Below, one piece after another: positions 29,570-44,360 of a stretch of 64,000 nucleotides of DNA. Made by a program: the position numbers and the translations under genes. The notes under the pieces were generated by a model. The model was given only the letters and a program-made list of their open reading frames with translations. It was not told the DNA's origin and did no database searches. This stretch comes from Eledone cirrhosa (Eukaryota), in the NCBI GenBank assembly GCA_964016885.1, contig OZ024743.1, positions 202,306,001 to 202,370,000 on the forward strand, written 5' to 3'. Position 1 is the first letter of the stretch. Every line of letters begins with the position of its first letter.

Positions 29570-29996
29570 ACCTGAAAAATGCGCAAGCTCAAAAGAGCCA
29601 CAGAATGTTATAATAAACCTTCAAAAGTGTGGGGCTAGAGTTGTTGCTCAAAAATATTGTAATCATTATCCATCGTACACTCTGTGGCATCCTTTTATTA
29701 AAAAAAAGAGACTCATAGCGACACGATAATTATTTAAGCTAACGTTCAATATCTCATATTAGATGTTTAGTAATGATTAATACGAAATGCACTTAAACTG
29801 AATTCTATATTATAAATTCACTTAAATAATTATCGTGGCGTCTTGAGTTCGTCATGAGTCTCTTTTTTATAAAAGGATGCCACAGAGTGTACGATAGATA
29901 ATGATTACATATTTTTGAGCAACAACTCTAGTCCCACACTTTCGAAGATTTATTATAAAATTCTGTGGCTCTTTTGAGCTTGCGCATTTTTCAGGT
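29570..29996. mobile_element. MITE-like element with ~170-bp terminal inverted repeats
   Basis: ACCTGAAAAATGCGCAAGCTCAAAAGAGCCACAGAA... and ...TTCTGTGGCTCTTTTGAGCTTGCGCATTTTTCAGGT. No HHR, no tail, no microsatellite flank. Confidence 0.65.
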
Positions 29997-31651
29997 ATAG
30001 TTTAATATTTTTTTAAAGCAACGCTTGTAATAACTCTAGTTAAACATGATATGTATTAATAATACATTATCGTTGTAATGTATTTAGATTACATAATCGT
30101 TATTTTATAAATGATCTTATAAATATTATTGTAAGATGTATAAAAATATTTTCATACTTTTAATATAAACAACTACAAAAAAAAACAATCAATATTAAAT
30201 AAATATATTTTACATAAAAATTGTTATGGTTGAATTAATAAAAATTAAATATTACATACAAATAGTCTAGCATAATAATAAAAGAATAATCTAACATAAT
30301 AATAATAAAATAATCTAACATAAAACGAACAATAATATGGACAAATATACAAGTAAATATGATACAACCAATATTATAAGCAAAACAAAATAGTTAGTAT
30401 AAATTTAAAAAATCATATATAAATTATCAATAAAACTTACCAAAATGAGAAAAATATTTTGATGATAAACGACGAAATAGAGGAGGAAGATTCGAAAGCG
30501 AAACAATAAATAAACGTGCAAACAAAATGGCGGATACTTTTGAGCAACAATTACTCCTGCTGGTAGATTAGCCAATAAGATGATGAAATTAGCCAATAAG
30601 ACGATACATTACAAAATATGTTTGGCAGCGATCATTACCACGGCCAGCGACACCCCTTGAATATTTTATTCGCAAGATACGCATATATGTCAGACACGCA
30701 GACTTAAAACGTTCTGTTCTTAGTCACTGCGTGTCTAACAGATACGAAAGAATTCTTGTCCATACATCCATAACTGAAATGTAGCAATAGTTTGGAAAAT
30801 GTTACAAATTGGTAATTTATCCAAAGGGTATTTTATCCAAAGGAAGTTTCACATTTTATAAGCAGCTTAACGTTACTGACATATGAATTTACTTTATAAA
30901 TCCATGATTTCTAATCTTTTAAGCATATCCATTTCTTCATGTCTAGATTATTAGGCAATCTTTACAAAACATTTAAAAATAGGTTTTGTGATTTGCCAAA
31001 GGTATTCATCTCCTGATCTATGGAGAGAGATATTTTATATTTGGTAATTATTTTTGTTATAAGTTTTTTCCAATACTGAATGAAATACATACTGGATTTT
31101 TTAATTTTGCAATAATCAAAATATCGATAATAGGAAAAAAGAAAAAGAATTAAGTGCAAATGTTATCTCCTTTTTTTTCGCTTCTTCCTAAATAACTATA
31201 TTTTTAATCTATTGTTTGCTTTTAAATCTTCTGTTGTTGCTGTCACCATTGCAGCTATTGCACCAGACCACCCTCATAACATCATGATATTATCATCATC
31301 TTTATTCTTCTAATTTCATTTTGGATCTATATCTAGATATGTATGTATGGTTGAGCGAAAACCTTACGTTAGAAAACTATAATAATACAATGGGTCGAAC
31401 TTAGTGGTATTGTTGTCGTTACCGGTTTGGCATATTTCTTTATTTGCGGTACCCACTAAAATAGAACGAAGGGCTTTTAAACCCGAAATATTAGGACAGG
31501 TAAATAAAATAACAGGTCACACACCAATATCTTTACATCTTTGTTGTTTTCCATTTACTCTGAAACCTGAAGTATATTTTGCATTGTTGCAGCCTCCAAA
31601 TGATTTACTGATTTATACACTAACAGAATGCTCCAAACAATCTACTACACT

Positions 31652-31721
<70 letters not shown>

Positions 31722-31875
31722 GTTTTTGCCAGCGGCATATCACAAAATCGGATTTTCATCATAACAACAAGGAATAACCACAAAAAATGCATAAATTAGA
31801 CCTTGGTTTGCATAGGTGAAGCGTTGAAATAATTGTTAATTATAAACGATTTATTTAACATCAGCATGTTATTCT

Positions 31876-31912
<37 letters not shown>

Positions 31913-32029
31913 CACCTTGATCACCTTGACAGACCAGTCTGTCGGGCGCCATTCAGCGCCTCCGGTCACAGCACGTGCTGTTTTAGCTATATGATGAAGC
32001 CATCCTACTGGCTGGGCGGGCAGGCCGTA

Positions 32030-32463
<434 letters not shown>

Positions 32464-33077
32464 GATAGGTTCATAGATAGATAGGTGTATATATATACAT
32501 ATATATATATATATATGCCTGAATATCTAATGAATTTATGTGATTATTTGAAATCAGTATGTCATATATATGTACATAATACATAAGCCTACATTCATAT
32601 GAAACTGTTCATATCTATTTCATATCACTCTCTGTCTCTTTCTTTCTGACTATATATGTGTTTGTGTATGTGTCTATATATAACTATATATAAATATATA
32701 TATATACACAGGGAAAAGGTATGTTTATATGGGATATTGATACACGTATGGTATAGCGTTTTCAAATAAATAAACGTATTAATACTTTTTAAGAAGATCG
32801 CCCCAATCCAAATGATGGTATGTTTCCAACTTTGAAAATCTTCATTCAAGTCAAAGAAGCTTACATCTTCCTTTAATAACAAATATCATCTAATTTCCTA
32901 CAACGTCGAATGATCTCTGTCGAACAATCCATTGTGTGCATGTATGTATATATGTATGTATGTATATATGTATGTATGTATTATATATGTATGTATATAT
33001 GTATGTATGCATGCATACACATAGGTATTTAGGTGTGTATGTATGTATAAATATGCTTCTCTCATCAACACACAGAC

Positions 33078-33122
<45 letters not shown>

Positions 33123-33165
33123 GTAAAGCTACATGTCTGTATGCATATACGTACATACGTATAAG

Positions 33166-33210
<45 letters not shown>

Positions 33211-33303
33211 AGGTTCTTACGCAACTGGCCACTGAAATGTGCATAGTGTTTACAGTAATAAAAAAAATCAGGAAATGCAACATATTTGGCCTCCTGTCAT
33301 TTC

Positions 33304-33425
<122 letters not shown>

Positions 33426-35429
33426 GAGAGAGACATAGATATAGGCTACATGAATAAATAGCACCTTTCAATTGTATATTGGCTTACGTATTCATTTTTG
33501 AAGATAGAAACATTTATTCTAGGTAGTTGCACTTTCTCTTTCTGCTGCTGTATTTCCGTTTTTACTGTTTCATATTGCGACAATTGATTCAAGTGACACA
33601 GGTGACATTGACACCATCTGTTGTAACCTCTATATCGAGATATGCGTGATTTTATCGCAGGTTAGTATACTGGTTGAAAGCTTTATGGTATGTCTCTATT
33701 TTAGTTTTCTGTCAGTGTAGAAAGGTTGGAGCAGTGAAAAGGAATTCCATGAATCATGTCTTGGCAAGCTTTAGTATTAAACAACGCTTGAAGTTATTGA
33801 GTAATTCTTATACTGGAGAATATTATTCGGATGTTTGCAATAAGGTCTTTGTTAAACGAATATATTTTCCCAAAATGTATTAACCTTTTAGATACGTGAT
33901 ACACGTGATGCACGACTGTAATCTATGATACTAGATTCTACGACATTTTTTTTCTGTGGTTATTTCTTCTTTTTAATCTGAAAAGACTCCATCATGATTT
34001 TATGTAAAATCCTTTGTTAAATTATGTTCGAAACACCAGTTTAATAATGATATGTTAGTTACATTAATAAATCCCTCCATCTTGTTTCAAAAGTTTTTGA
34101 AAATCATGGGCAATATGTATCGTTAGAAATATGGCAAAATAATGGTTAATCCCAGTGACATTATATATCTACCACCTTAGAATTGGAATGGATGCAGTCT
34201 AACCATCAAACTTTCAATCCGTTTTCCGTCATCTTATTTTCATTCAGAAGTATTCGGTCGACGCAAGTATATCTTAAAATGTATTTAACCAAAGTACCAC
34301 ACATTTGAATAGAATGAGGTGCATTTGATTGTGAAACCTCTTAAGAAAATGTTTTAACCACACAGTGATGCTTATGTGTATTAATAGCGTGTACGAATTT
34401 TACTAACATAGAAGTTTTTATATGATCACTCGATCAGCGGAAAATAACAGGCAGATCTTTCTCAGACCATATACTACATCAAAAACAGACATGGTTGTTA
34501 TTCCTTTCATCAAACATCAGGTTGAACCATTACTGATCTAAATTAAATAATAACGCTGTTATTTAGTCATGCATTGATTTGTTGATTTCTACTCTTCGTC
34601 TAAAAACACAGAAAGCCAGAAAATATATTTCTTATGGAATGGACCACTGTTGATCACGATAATAAGTGCTACAACTGTTTGGTAAACGGAACTGCCTACT
34701 CGTGAAATTAACGGGCAAATGGTTGAGAACTCCGCTGATGCATGTAGTCTTAACGTAATTCGCAGGGTGATTCAGGTGGTACAAGGCAAACTACTTGAAT
34801 TACAAGAACCTTCTATCCAACGGTCTTCCAAACAGTTTCTGGCTATCAAATTTCACTCACCACAGCTATGGTAAAGGAAATTTGCTGAAGATACCACACA
34901 GTGGAATCGAAACCGAGAATAGCCATATAGAATTAAAAAAATTATTATAACGTATTTAGTGAAAATAGGATAAAACCCTTTTAGGGAAAGTAACATTATA
35001 TTTAGATTTGACAGTGGTTGCAACTTTACCAACTAGAATATTGTTAATTGGTTTAATCACCAATCATCATAAGGACTTTGAACATATCAACTAATTGTTA
35101 TAATGTATTTTATCCAGTAATCTACTAAGACATGCTCGGAAACATATAGATATGTAATGTTCATGGAAATACAGTATTAACTTTTATCTTTGATGACGTT
35201 TCTGGTTAATAGTGCGAAACATTATACTTCTATTTACAACACATCTAAACTATTTAAACGATTAAGCTATTGGTTATTTACTTAATTACCCACGTACGCC
35301 GACTGTTAATGCATATATATATCACAACAAACCTCGGTTTGCTACCTTCAAATATAGAATTATCTACTCTGTAAATGTTAACAGGATATTATAAGTTTAT
35401 ACCTTAACATATATTATATAAATATATAA

Positions 35430-35610
35430 TAATTGTTTCTACTTTTGGCACATGGCCAGAAATCATCCCAGTACGAAGGAATACAGGAAGACGATAATTT
35501 GGTTCGTGGAAACGTTCTCTTTTGCCTTTGATCCTTTGGGTCGATAAAATAAAGTACCAGTAATATACTGGAATAATTGCTGGTCTTGTGCCAAACGTAG
35601 AAACAATTAT
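35430..35610. mobile_element. Two SINE type 2 3' ends in inverted orientation
   Basis: AATTGTTTCTACTTTTGGCACATGGCCAG ... CTGGTCTTGTGCCAAACGTAGAAACAATT. Confidence 0.6.
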
Positions 35611-36204
35611 TACTATATATATATATATATATATAAAATTAGTTATTTCATAAAGCCATTAAAATTATACTTTAACATTTTGATATCTTATATAGCTAAC
35701 TACGATTCTGTTTTTTTTTTTCCTTTTTGTGTTAGAGGTGGTTGTGGTCGTGGTGATGGTGGCGGAGGTGGGTCTTCATCGATGTTCGCTTTGTCGTGTG
35801 TCCTGCATTTCTGGTTGTTGTTTGTCGCAATAATCTGCACGTGGAATTCAACTTCGATACGAATGTCACAACGGTCATGAAGAAAAGATTCCTTCAGTGA
35901 ATGTGATCAACAAAACAGCTAGTTATCTAACAAACTTTAGTATTAATGCTTTAGACCGGTATTCATCGAAGATTTGGTGAAATGTCGCCTTCAGCAAGCA
36001 TGCGGTGTTTACGCTGAGTGAGCAACGTATACATGTATGTATTTACGTACGTATCCATACATTTATATATGTATGTACGTATGCAGGTATATGTTCACAC
36101 ATGCATATATGCACGTTTATATGTATATGAATATATGTATATATATATAAATATATATATATATATTTATATATATATATATACATTCATATATATATAT
36201 TTTT

Positions 36205-36422
36205 GAAACGATCGACTTTCGTCAACTCGGACCGAGGGAACAATGTTTCCGTTGGTCTTTCCAATTGCTAATACTATCTATCGGTCGCAACTCCAGGTAG
36301 AAGGAGCAACGTGAAATAAAGTGTCTTGCTCAAGGACATAACGCATCGCCTGGTCCAGGAATCAAACTCACATCCTTACGATTGCCAATCCAATTCTCTA
36401 ACCACTCAGCCACACGCCTTCA
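36205..36422 (-). mobile_element. tRNA-derived SINE (type 1)
   Basis: Near reverse complement of 44361-44577. Confidence 0.8.
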
Positions 36423-36576
36423 CATATATATATATATATACATTCATATGTATGCATATATATATATATGTAAGTACATACGTACATATGTATATATGCT
36501 TGTATACATGCTTATTTGTATGTACGTATGAATGCAGGTTTGTGTTTATATATATATATATATATATATATTAAAA

Positions 36577-37181
36577 TTAGAATTGGTGCTCTGAAATAGC
36601 GATATATATATGAATGTATATATAGTGTATTTTGCAATACACTGTATGCTTAATTAAAAGCATTTTGAAGACCTTACGCTATTGTTTTAGAGTAGTGACA
36701 GTCTCACTTACTTTAAATTTTCAGCAAACAGGGGGAGATAAAGCTGACAGAGCTCTGTTCCGTACTATCTGGTACTTATCAAAGCTAAGTACTCCACCTG
36801 TTTGCTGAAAATCATGAATGCTTGATTCTTATGGAATTCTAGTAATAATCAGGAACTGATTATACAGAGCGGTTGCCGGTCAAACAGAAATTGAAAGTTA
36901 GAATTGGTGCTCTGAAATAGCGATATATATATGAATGTATATATAGTGTATTTTGCAATACACTGTATGCTTAATTAGAAGCATTTTGCAGACCTTAAGC
37001 TATTGTTTTAGAGTAGTGACAGTCTCACTTACTTTAAATTTTCAGCAAACAGGGGGAGATAAAGCTGACAGAGCTCTGTTTCCTACTATTTGGTACTTAT
37101 CAAAGCTAAGTACTCCACCTGTTTGCTGAAAATCATGAATGTTTGATTCTTATAGAATTCTAGTAATAATCAGGAACTGAT
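36577..37181. repeat. Tandem duplication, 321-bp period, internally structured unit
   Basis: TTAGAATTGGTGCTCTGAAATAGCG at 36577 and 36898. Internal inverted repeat TTTTCAGCAAACAGG/CCTGTTTGCTGAAAA. Confidence 0.85.
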
Positions 37182-37214
37182 AGGAGGGGTCACTTTTTTT
37201 AGGTATCGAAAAAT

Positions 37215-37595
37215 AAGATTTTTGGCTCTAGCTCCCACATTTTGCCTCATATTTCGTTCAAATTTTAAAGCAAAATAGAATTTATTGTTGCACATTCTGT
37301 AATGGCTTTATATTTTGCATTTGTTGATCAGGTGCGGCGTGGCAGCAGATTAAATATTAAAAAATACCACTTTTAAACTCAAATTTCAACTTTTTCGGCT
37401 CTTGCTTCCACATTAATCAACCTACTTTGTTCAAATTTTACACTATACTAGATCTGATGAGTTCACGTCTTAGAGTGGCTATACATTTTGGATTTTTTGT
37501 TCAGGAACGGCGTGGCAGCCGCTTAAAAATTCGAAAATACCACCTTTTCGCTCAAATTTCCGCTTTTTCGGCTCTAGTTCCCACATTTCTCAACC
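37215..37595. repeat. Diverged ~172-bp tandem subrepeat (2+ units), likely internal to a DNA/rolling-circle element
   Basis: TTTT(G/C)GGCTCT(A/T)G(C/T)T(C/T)CCACATT at ~37220, ~37391 and ~37565. CGGCGTGGCAGC twice. Confidence 0.6.
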
Positions 37596-37904
37596 GATTT
37601 CAACTCCCTCCCCCAGCATGCCTCGTCGTCAGTCACCCGAGTTTCTCAGTTATAGAGGTCATCGACACCCTCCTCCGCATGGCCTGTGTGTGGCCATAGA
37701 TGAGTCATCGAAAAGCAGTCGCTAAGATCAACACCTTTTCATCAAAGCAGATATTATGTCACCTACCCAGACAACGCTGAGTACTTCTGCTAGTATATAT
37801 ATATATATATATATATACTAGCAGAAGTACCCAGTACATATATATATATATATAGTGAGTGTGTGAATGTGTACGTGTATCTGTGTACGTGTATGGATGT
37901 ATAC

Positions 37905-37935
<31 letters not shown>

Positions 37936-38381
37936 AGTGCATGTGTTGATGTGCGTATAACCGTTTCCGTCCCCATCTGTGCTTACGTATGTAGTCTACC
38001 AAATCAGGGTAGTGCTGCAGCATATCCGCAGTCTGGTGACTGAAACCAGCAATACGAAAATGGAATACAGATTTCACATTACTATTAACCTATTGTTAAA
38101 ACCTTTCAGAATATTTATAAAAGTAGACGCAAATGCATATCTATACCGGGGTACAATAGCGATGTGGATTATTTCACCATTGATGGTGTCGTTGTTTTCA
38201 GATTTATACCTATGCATATATATGTATGTATGCATTTATTCATTTTTTATGTATGTATTATCTATGTTTGTATATATGTATGTATATTTGTATGAGTATA
38301 TGTATATATATCCGTATAGATCCATGCATCCATTTATATATATAAATATTATGTACGTATGTATATATGTTTTTATGTATG

Positions 38382-38478
<97 letters not shown>

Positions 38479-39373
38479 AATTGTATATAGACATTTAATT
38501 ATTCATGTATGTAAATATGCATGCACGAAAGTATGCATATATGTATGCATGTATCTTGTATGGATGTATGTATCTGTTTATATATGTATTATATACATAT
38601 GTATATATATCTATGTATATATGTATATATGTATGTATGTCTGCATGTATGTATATATGATTGGATGGATTAATGCGTTAATGTATGTGTGTTTATATGC
38701 GTGTATTTCCCTTTCTAATCCTTTCAGTTTATTTATGATAGAACAGGTTGTAAAGGAAACGACATTTCTGTCGGCTCTTGTGCCATTGTTCATTAATGGA
38801 ATCCTAAGAATATGTGTATGTGTGTGTACGCAAGTATGCATGTAAGTATGTACGTATGTACGTATGTATGTAAGTATGTACGTACGTATGTATGTATGTA
38901 TGTATGCATGTAAGCACGTTATGTATATCTTCTACTTTTCTCTTATCCAATATAAATCTTATCAACCTGATTATCCCGTATATCGATATACTCAGTATAC
39001 TTTCATATAATGAGTATATACACTTTTCCAAATACTACCAACATAAATGTGCGTATATATGAATGTAGAATTTCCTATATATATAAATATATGTGTCGAT
39101 AATATATGAGTATGTAACATATGTATCACATATTGTTTCCACGGATAATTTGTTTTCATAACTCTTTTATATACGTCATCGTTATACACGTTTGCCTGAA
39201 GATTAACAACAATCATTTCCAGTTCTGCAGATATTGTCAGTTGATGAATCTATTGGTTACAGGTGTAATGTCGTGTCAAGGAATTATATATAAATAAATA
39301 TGTGCTTAGATGATATATGTAGCAGGGCTGTTTTGGATGCTGATAATATCACCACCATGCTTACATACACATG

Positions 39374-39470
<97 letters not shown>

Positions 39471-39472
<2 letters not shown>

Positions 39473-39727
39473 ACAACAAATTAGCAAACCATACTCAAGG
39501 ACGGGCGTTTCACCGAAAGGATTATTCAACTCGCGTATGGCTGCGCTGTGAACGGAAATGTATAAGAGCTGACTGGATTTGTGCTAACAGCACCCATACA
39601 GGGACTGAAAATACGTTCGATGAAACACACGTCGTCGAGTATGGGTTGCTAATTTGTTGTGGACATAACTCTATACCAAGCTCGTCCTTTGGACTGAGTG
39701 AGCTACTGAATAAGGATATTACCCCCC
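39471..39727 (+). mobile_element. Fold-back element, family F: arms ~39471-39528 and ~39606-39663, tail to 39727
   Basis: Arms carry the HHR 3' half (GAAA-CACACG-TC on plus, GAAA-CGCCCG-TC on minus). Flanked by (GA)n and (TG)n. Confidence 0.7.
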
Positions 39728-40409
39728 GTGTGTGTGTATGTGTGTGTGTGTGTGCCTCTCTGTGTGGGAGAGAGTGTGTGTTTGCGGGTTAATATGTGTG
39801 CATGTACGTGTGAATGTGTGTATGCATAGGAGAAATATCAACAACAAAAACATTGCTAATATTGCTATGCTTATTTTGTTTAAGGATATTTCACTTGATC
39901 CATGCATTTAATACGCTTCGTTGAAACCGGCGGAGATCCATTCACGTGTGTTTATTTCTGAGTTTTTATTACTTCAATCTTGAGAAAATCGTATATATGA
40001 GATTAATATCTAACCTCTTTGCTTCATGATCTGATCTCTACTAGTCAATGTTAGAAAATTCCATATTCAGTAACACTAGCCTACCATTATTGTCTGACTC
40101 TCTTCTCTTTACTCATATTTTTACGTATTACTTCTAATCTATTTTCTCCTTCCGTTCTACTATCGTCTATAGTTTTCTCTGTAGAATTAATATTATATTT
40201 TTACTTTTTAATTTTATCCGTCTTCAAGAGCTTATATCATTCCCTATAGATATTTATTCATAAAATCCAGACAAGTAATAAACACAAATACACTCGCTTG
40301 GACACATATGCACTCTCATGTCTATACTCACAAAAGTTTCCTCACGCACACACCTACGTATATATACATTTATATATATCGATAAATAAGTAAATAAATA
40401 TATATATAA

Positions 40410-40611
40410 GAGTCAGGAACCCGACGGCCGAACTCCGGCCGTTCCAAAAAGTAGTAGTGCAGGATTTTAGTTGGGTGTGGGTCGAAGAGTGCTCCACTAC
40501 GGAAGTAGGAGCTAAAGAACAAATAGGGAGTGGTAAGATACTGATTCTTTTCCTATTACCCACTCTACTAACCTAAGTATTGAGTACTCTGGTGCGTTAT
40601 GGTCCACCTGG

Positions 40612-40612
<1 letters not shown>
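40410..40612. mobile_element. Family B rearranged copy (inverted arm piece plus tail)
   Basis: GAGTCAGGAACCCGACGGCCGAACTCCGGCCGTT matches 44221-44254. Tail matches 22708-22763. Confidence 0.65.
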
Positions 40613-40644
<32 letters not shown>

Positions 40645-41537
40645 AGTATACCCTGGGAGATTAGAGATACATATATAGAATTTCACGGTGGTCTTTACAA
40701 TTACATCGACACAGACATGTGAATATATAATCCAGTAAGCATGTATATATAATTTTCCCCGCCCTCTATTTCTCTTTCCCCTTTTCTCTTTCTATTTTTC
40801 TCACTCAGCCAATTTTTTAGCAGAAAGTGTGAATGTTCTCATCGATATTGCATAAATATTTTTATTCAGCACATTTATCCTTGTTTGTATGCACTCGCGT
40901 ACTCACTCAAACAGACACATATTTATCACACACATGCTTACACACACAGCCGTACTCGCGCACACACACATATATTCTCTTTTTTATTTACCATATTTTC
41001 CTGCATTGTTATTTAACAACTTACATGCTTCCTTTCCAGTGAATAGAGACTTTCTTTATCCAATGACTTTCTGGATTAAACCGAAGTGCCGCCATCTATT
41101 TACTATGAAATATTACAGATATTGGTTGAAAGTTGGCGGCTGATGGTCGGAAAAGACGTTGCCGCTGTCCTCTGACGTAATTTTTCTATTCGTATTTGTA
41201 TCGTTCAAAAACATTGGTTATGACTTTCGTTGGTTACGACGAGGAGTTTTCTGGTAGTCCGATGAAAAGAGGAGACTCTTCGTGATATTAACAGACATTC
41301 CAATGATACGAATTATGTTAAGGTAGTTATCGCGGTAATTCAGTATGACAGTCTGCGAGGAGCCTGGTACTTCGAACTACTCATACAACATATCTTTATC
41401 AGCTAAGGGGACAAAAGCAATGTTAACATGCTAAAATGTCTTGTTCAAGAGTACAAAGCGCCAGCAAGAGCAGAATGTAATCACCTTACCATCGTGAGTC
41501 GAACCCTCAAACGTAAAAACATTGTTATACCTATATA

Positions 41538-41582
<45 letters not shown>

Positions 41583-41585
41583 CTT

Positions 41586-41920
41586 CTAGGGCGGGTAAAA
41601 TTCCCGAGATACATGGACGAGTTCTCTCGAGCCGTCTCTGTCCCTCATTATCGCTGCCATGTTCTGCGTCTCCAACAGACCAGTGTCTGTCCTTAGGACA
41701 TCAACATACGTTAACCTTGGTCTTACTCTTCCAGTGTGTCCATGAAGGGGCTCCCACAGGAGCACCGAGGGCAATGTCAACTCTGGCTGTCGGTGAGCAT
41801 GTCCAGCTAACCTCAGTCTCCTCTGTGTCACTTTTGAGCTGACTTTTAGGAGGCTCCCATACAGCCTGAGTTTTTCATCCTCAATGTATATTGATTAATG
41901 TTCAGAGCCACCCTCAGCCA
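41586..41920 (-). pseudogene. RTE-clade LINE 3' fragment (C-terminus of RT ORF)
   Basis: RRLRLAGHAHRQPE..VLLWEPLHG...RPRLTYVDVLRTDTG...MRDRDG, typical RTE C-terminal motifs. Confidence 0.75.
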
Positions 41921-41930
41921 TTGAAAAGAA

Positions 41931-41970
<40 letters not shown>

Positions 41971-41973
<3 letters not shown>

Positions 41974-42732
41974 AAATTAAGATAAATTGAATTAAATTAA
42001 ATTAAATCAAATTAAATTAAGGGTGTCATGCCAGATAGACATGCGCCATATCACCCGTAAAATATGCTCCAAGATTCTAATGAGTAGATTCGAACATTTT
42101 ATATCAACTAGAAATTGATTGACATATAAATAGACATATGAAACAATCAGAGGGGATAATTTGTAAAAGTGTGTAAGCACACATGGCTAGGTTGATAACT
42201 AAATAAAGTTTAACTAGAACTTCAAAAATAGATACCTTATAATTTGATTAATCTTCCTCGTATATATTCCATTAAAGAAATATATTTCACCAATTAATCG
42301 ATTGGTAAACGACAGAAGCCAGATCCTGGATTTTCAACAAGGAAGAGGTCCAACTATCTGTGTTTATGCATCAAATTTAAATCAGCGACTGGCCAATAAC
42401 ACGTGCTGTATCCACTAAAAATACACATATCATACCAGCTTCGTCCCAGTGGCGTGAATAGGGTTATCGACAACTAGAAACAGCAGTCAAGTCATTTCAA
42501 CTGAGTTAGCTCTACAATTAAGGGGCCGTATTTATATATATCCAAAATTAAGATAAATTGAATTAAATTAAATTAATTCAAATTAAATTAAGGGTGTCAT
42601 GCCAGATAGACATTCTAGTTAAACTTGATTTAGTTACCTACCTAGCTATTTGTGCTTACACGCTTTTACAAATTATCCCTTGTGATTGTTTCATATGTCT
42701 ATTTATATGTCAATCAATTTCTAGTTGATATA
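41971..42732 (-). mobile_element. Family G copy: ~571-bp tandem period plus inverted arm 42612-42732
   Basis: CAAAATTAAGATAAATTG at 41972 and 42543. 42612-42732 is the inverse of ~42101-42219. (TA)n flanks. Confidence 0.75.
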
Positions 42733-43187
42733 TATATGTATAGGATTATCCTGGATGCAGTAATGGAAACATTTGTAAGCACACAGAATGAATTACCTTT
42801 TTATGATGTCTACCTGTTATTATTCATTCTTTATATATATATATATATATGTATATATATTTATATACAATGATATTAAATAAATGGAAACTATATTCAT
42901 AAAACCATATTTATTCTATTATATATATTACAAGGGTACCAACATTTTGGTACGCTATCATCAAATAAAATACAAACTGTTTTATAAATATTCGACATAT
43001 ATATATATACACTTACATACATACGTACATATATGAACATATTCAGGACTGCGACGGCTGAGCTCCAGCCGTTTCGACGGCTAGAGACGAATACAGATCA
43101 ATTGAAAGAATAAATTAAAGGGTAATAACCATCCAATTGAACATACATCTCTATGTGGACCTCTCTCTATATGCTGATATATATATA

Positions 43188-43339
<152 letters not shown>

Positions 43340-43495
43340 CAGATATTCATATAGATATATTTGCTCGATGGTTCTTGTGTATTTGATATACATTTATCCT
43401 TATCGAGGCCTCTGTGGATATTAGTCACCATATTATTATAATATTATTATAATATTATTATATAATTATTATTAATATTATAATATTATTATAAA

Positions 43496-43684
43496 GGCGG
43501 TGGATTGGCAGTATCGGTAGAGAGTCGGACGCCATCTTTGACGCAAAAAGTTACGGCCTTTTCCATTATGAGTTCAAATCTCGCCGAGGTTAACTTTGCT
43601 TTTCATCCTTACAGGGTCGATAAAATAAAGTACCAGTAATACACTGGGTAATTGCTGGCCTTGTGCCAAAAGTAGAAACAATTA
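43496..43684 (+). mobile_element. tRNA-derived SINE (type 2)
   Basis: GGCGGTGGATTGGCAGTATCGG...GAGTTCAAATC...GTAGAAACAATT. Confidence 0.8.
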
Positions 43685-43713
43685 TTATATATATAGATAT
43701 AGATATATAGATA

Positions 43714-44046
43714 AATTTCTTTATTAGCCACAAGGGGCCAAAAGAAGGGGATAAATACAAATGAGGAGTTTACATACAGGTATATGAAAATAAAACTATT
43801 AATAAAATAACAAATAACAATTGAAATACACAATAGGGGGAGGCGTTACACAGGGGTGGTACACACAACGAACAAATGTACAGCCCTTATCTCCAGGAGC
43901 ACCAAGAGTGAGTACTCTCTTCCTATCGTCCTCTTTTTCCTCAACCTACAGGCTGATATAGAGAGAAGGCCCAACCACTCGGGCCATCTTTGCCACATTC
44001 ACCCACCTTTTATAAAATTTGCTGGGGCACAGCACCTTTCTCTGTA
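43714..44046 (-). mobile_element. Tx1 3'-end fragment (last ORF2 codons and 3' UTR)
   Basis: LCPSKFYKRWVNVAKMARVVGPSLYISL matches the ORF2 C-terminus at 9454. AATAAA, then an (ATCTAT)-like tail. Confidence 0.8.
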
Positions 44047-44064
44047 TAGATATATAGATAGATA

Positions 44065-44134
<70 letters not shown>

Positions 44135-44136
<2 letters not shown>

Positions 44137-44339
44137 AAGAGGGTGTGGTAAGATACCAGGTGGACCATAACGCACCAGAGTACTTAATACTTAGGGTAGT
44201 AGAGTGGGTAATAGGAAAAGTGTCAGGACCCCGACGGCTGAACTCCGGCCGTTTCAACAGCTATATACGAACGGTCTGTTCGGATCTAGCTGTCGAAAGG
44301 GCCGGAGGTCAGCCGTCGGAGTCCTGACTCTTTTCCTAT
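44135..44339 (-). mobile_element. Fold-back element, family B: arms 44211-44263 and 44287-44339, tail 44135-44210
   Basis: Arms contain the HHR 3' half GAAA-CGGC...GCCG-TC-GGGGT. The inversion point lies inside stem II. Confidence 0.8.
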
Positions 44340-44360
44340 ATGCACATATATATATATAGG

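Noticed and set aside
34880-34920. CTGAAGA...GAAA on the plus strand
   Set aside because: No UH cleavage site or stem I. It looks like a decayed SINE segment.
36577-37595. CRISPR-like array
   Set aside because: Long tandem units without short repeat/unique spacer structure, in a eukaryotic context with no cas genes.
42270-42325. Possible HHR in family G (minus strand stem plus GAAATATATT)
   Set aside because: The core reads CTGTCGT or CTGTGGT in the two copies, not CTGANGA, and there is no stem I.
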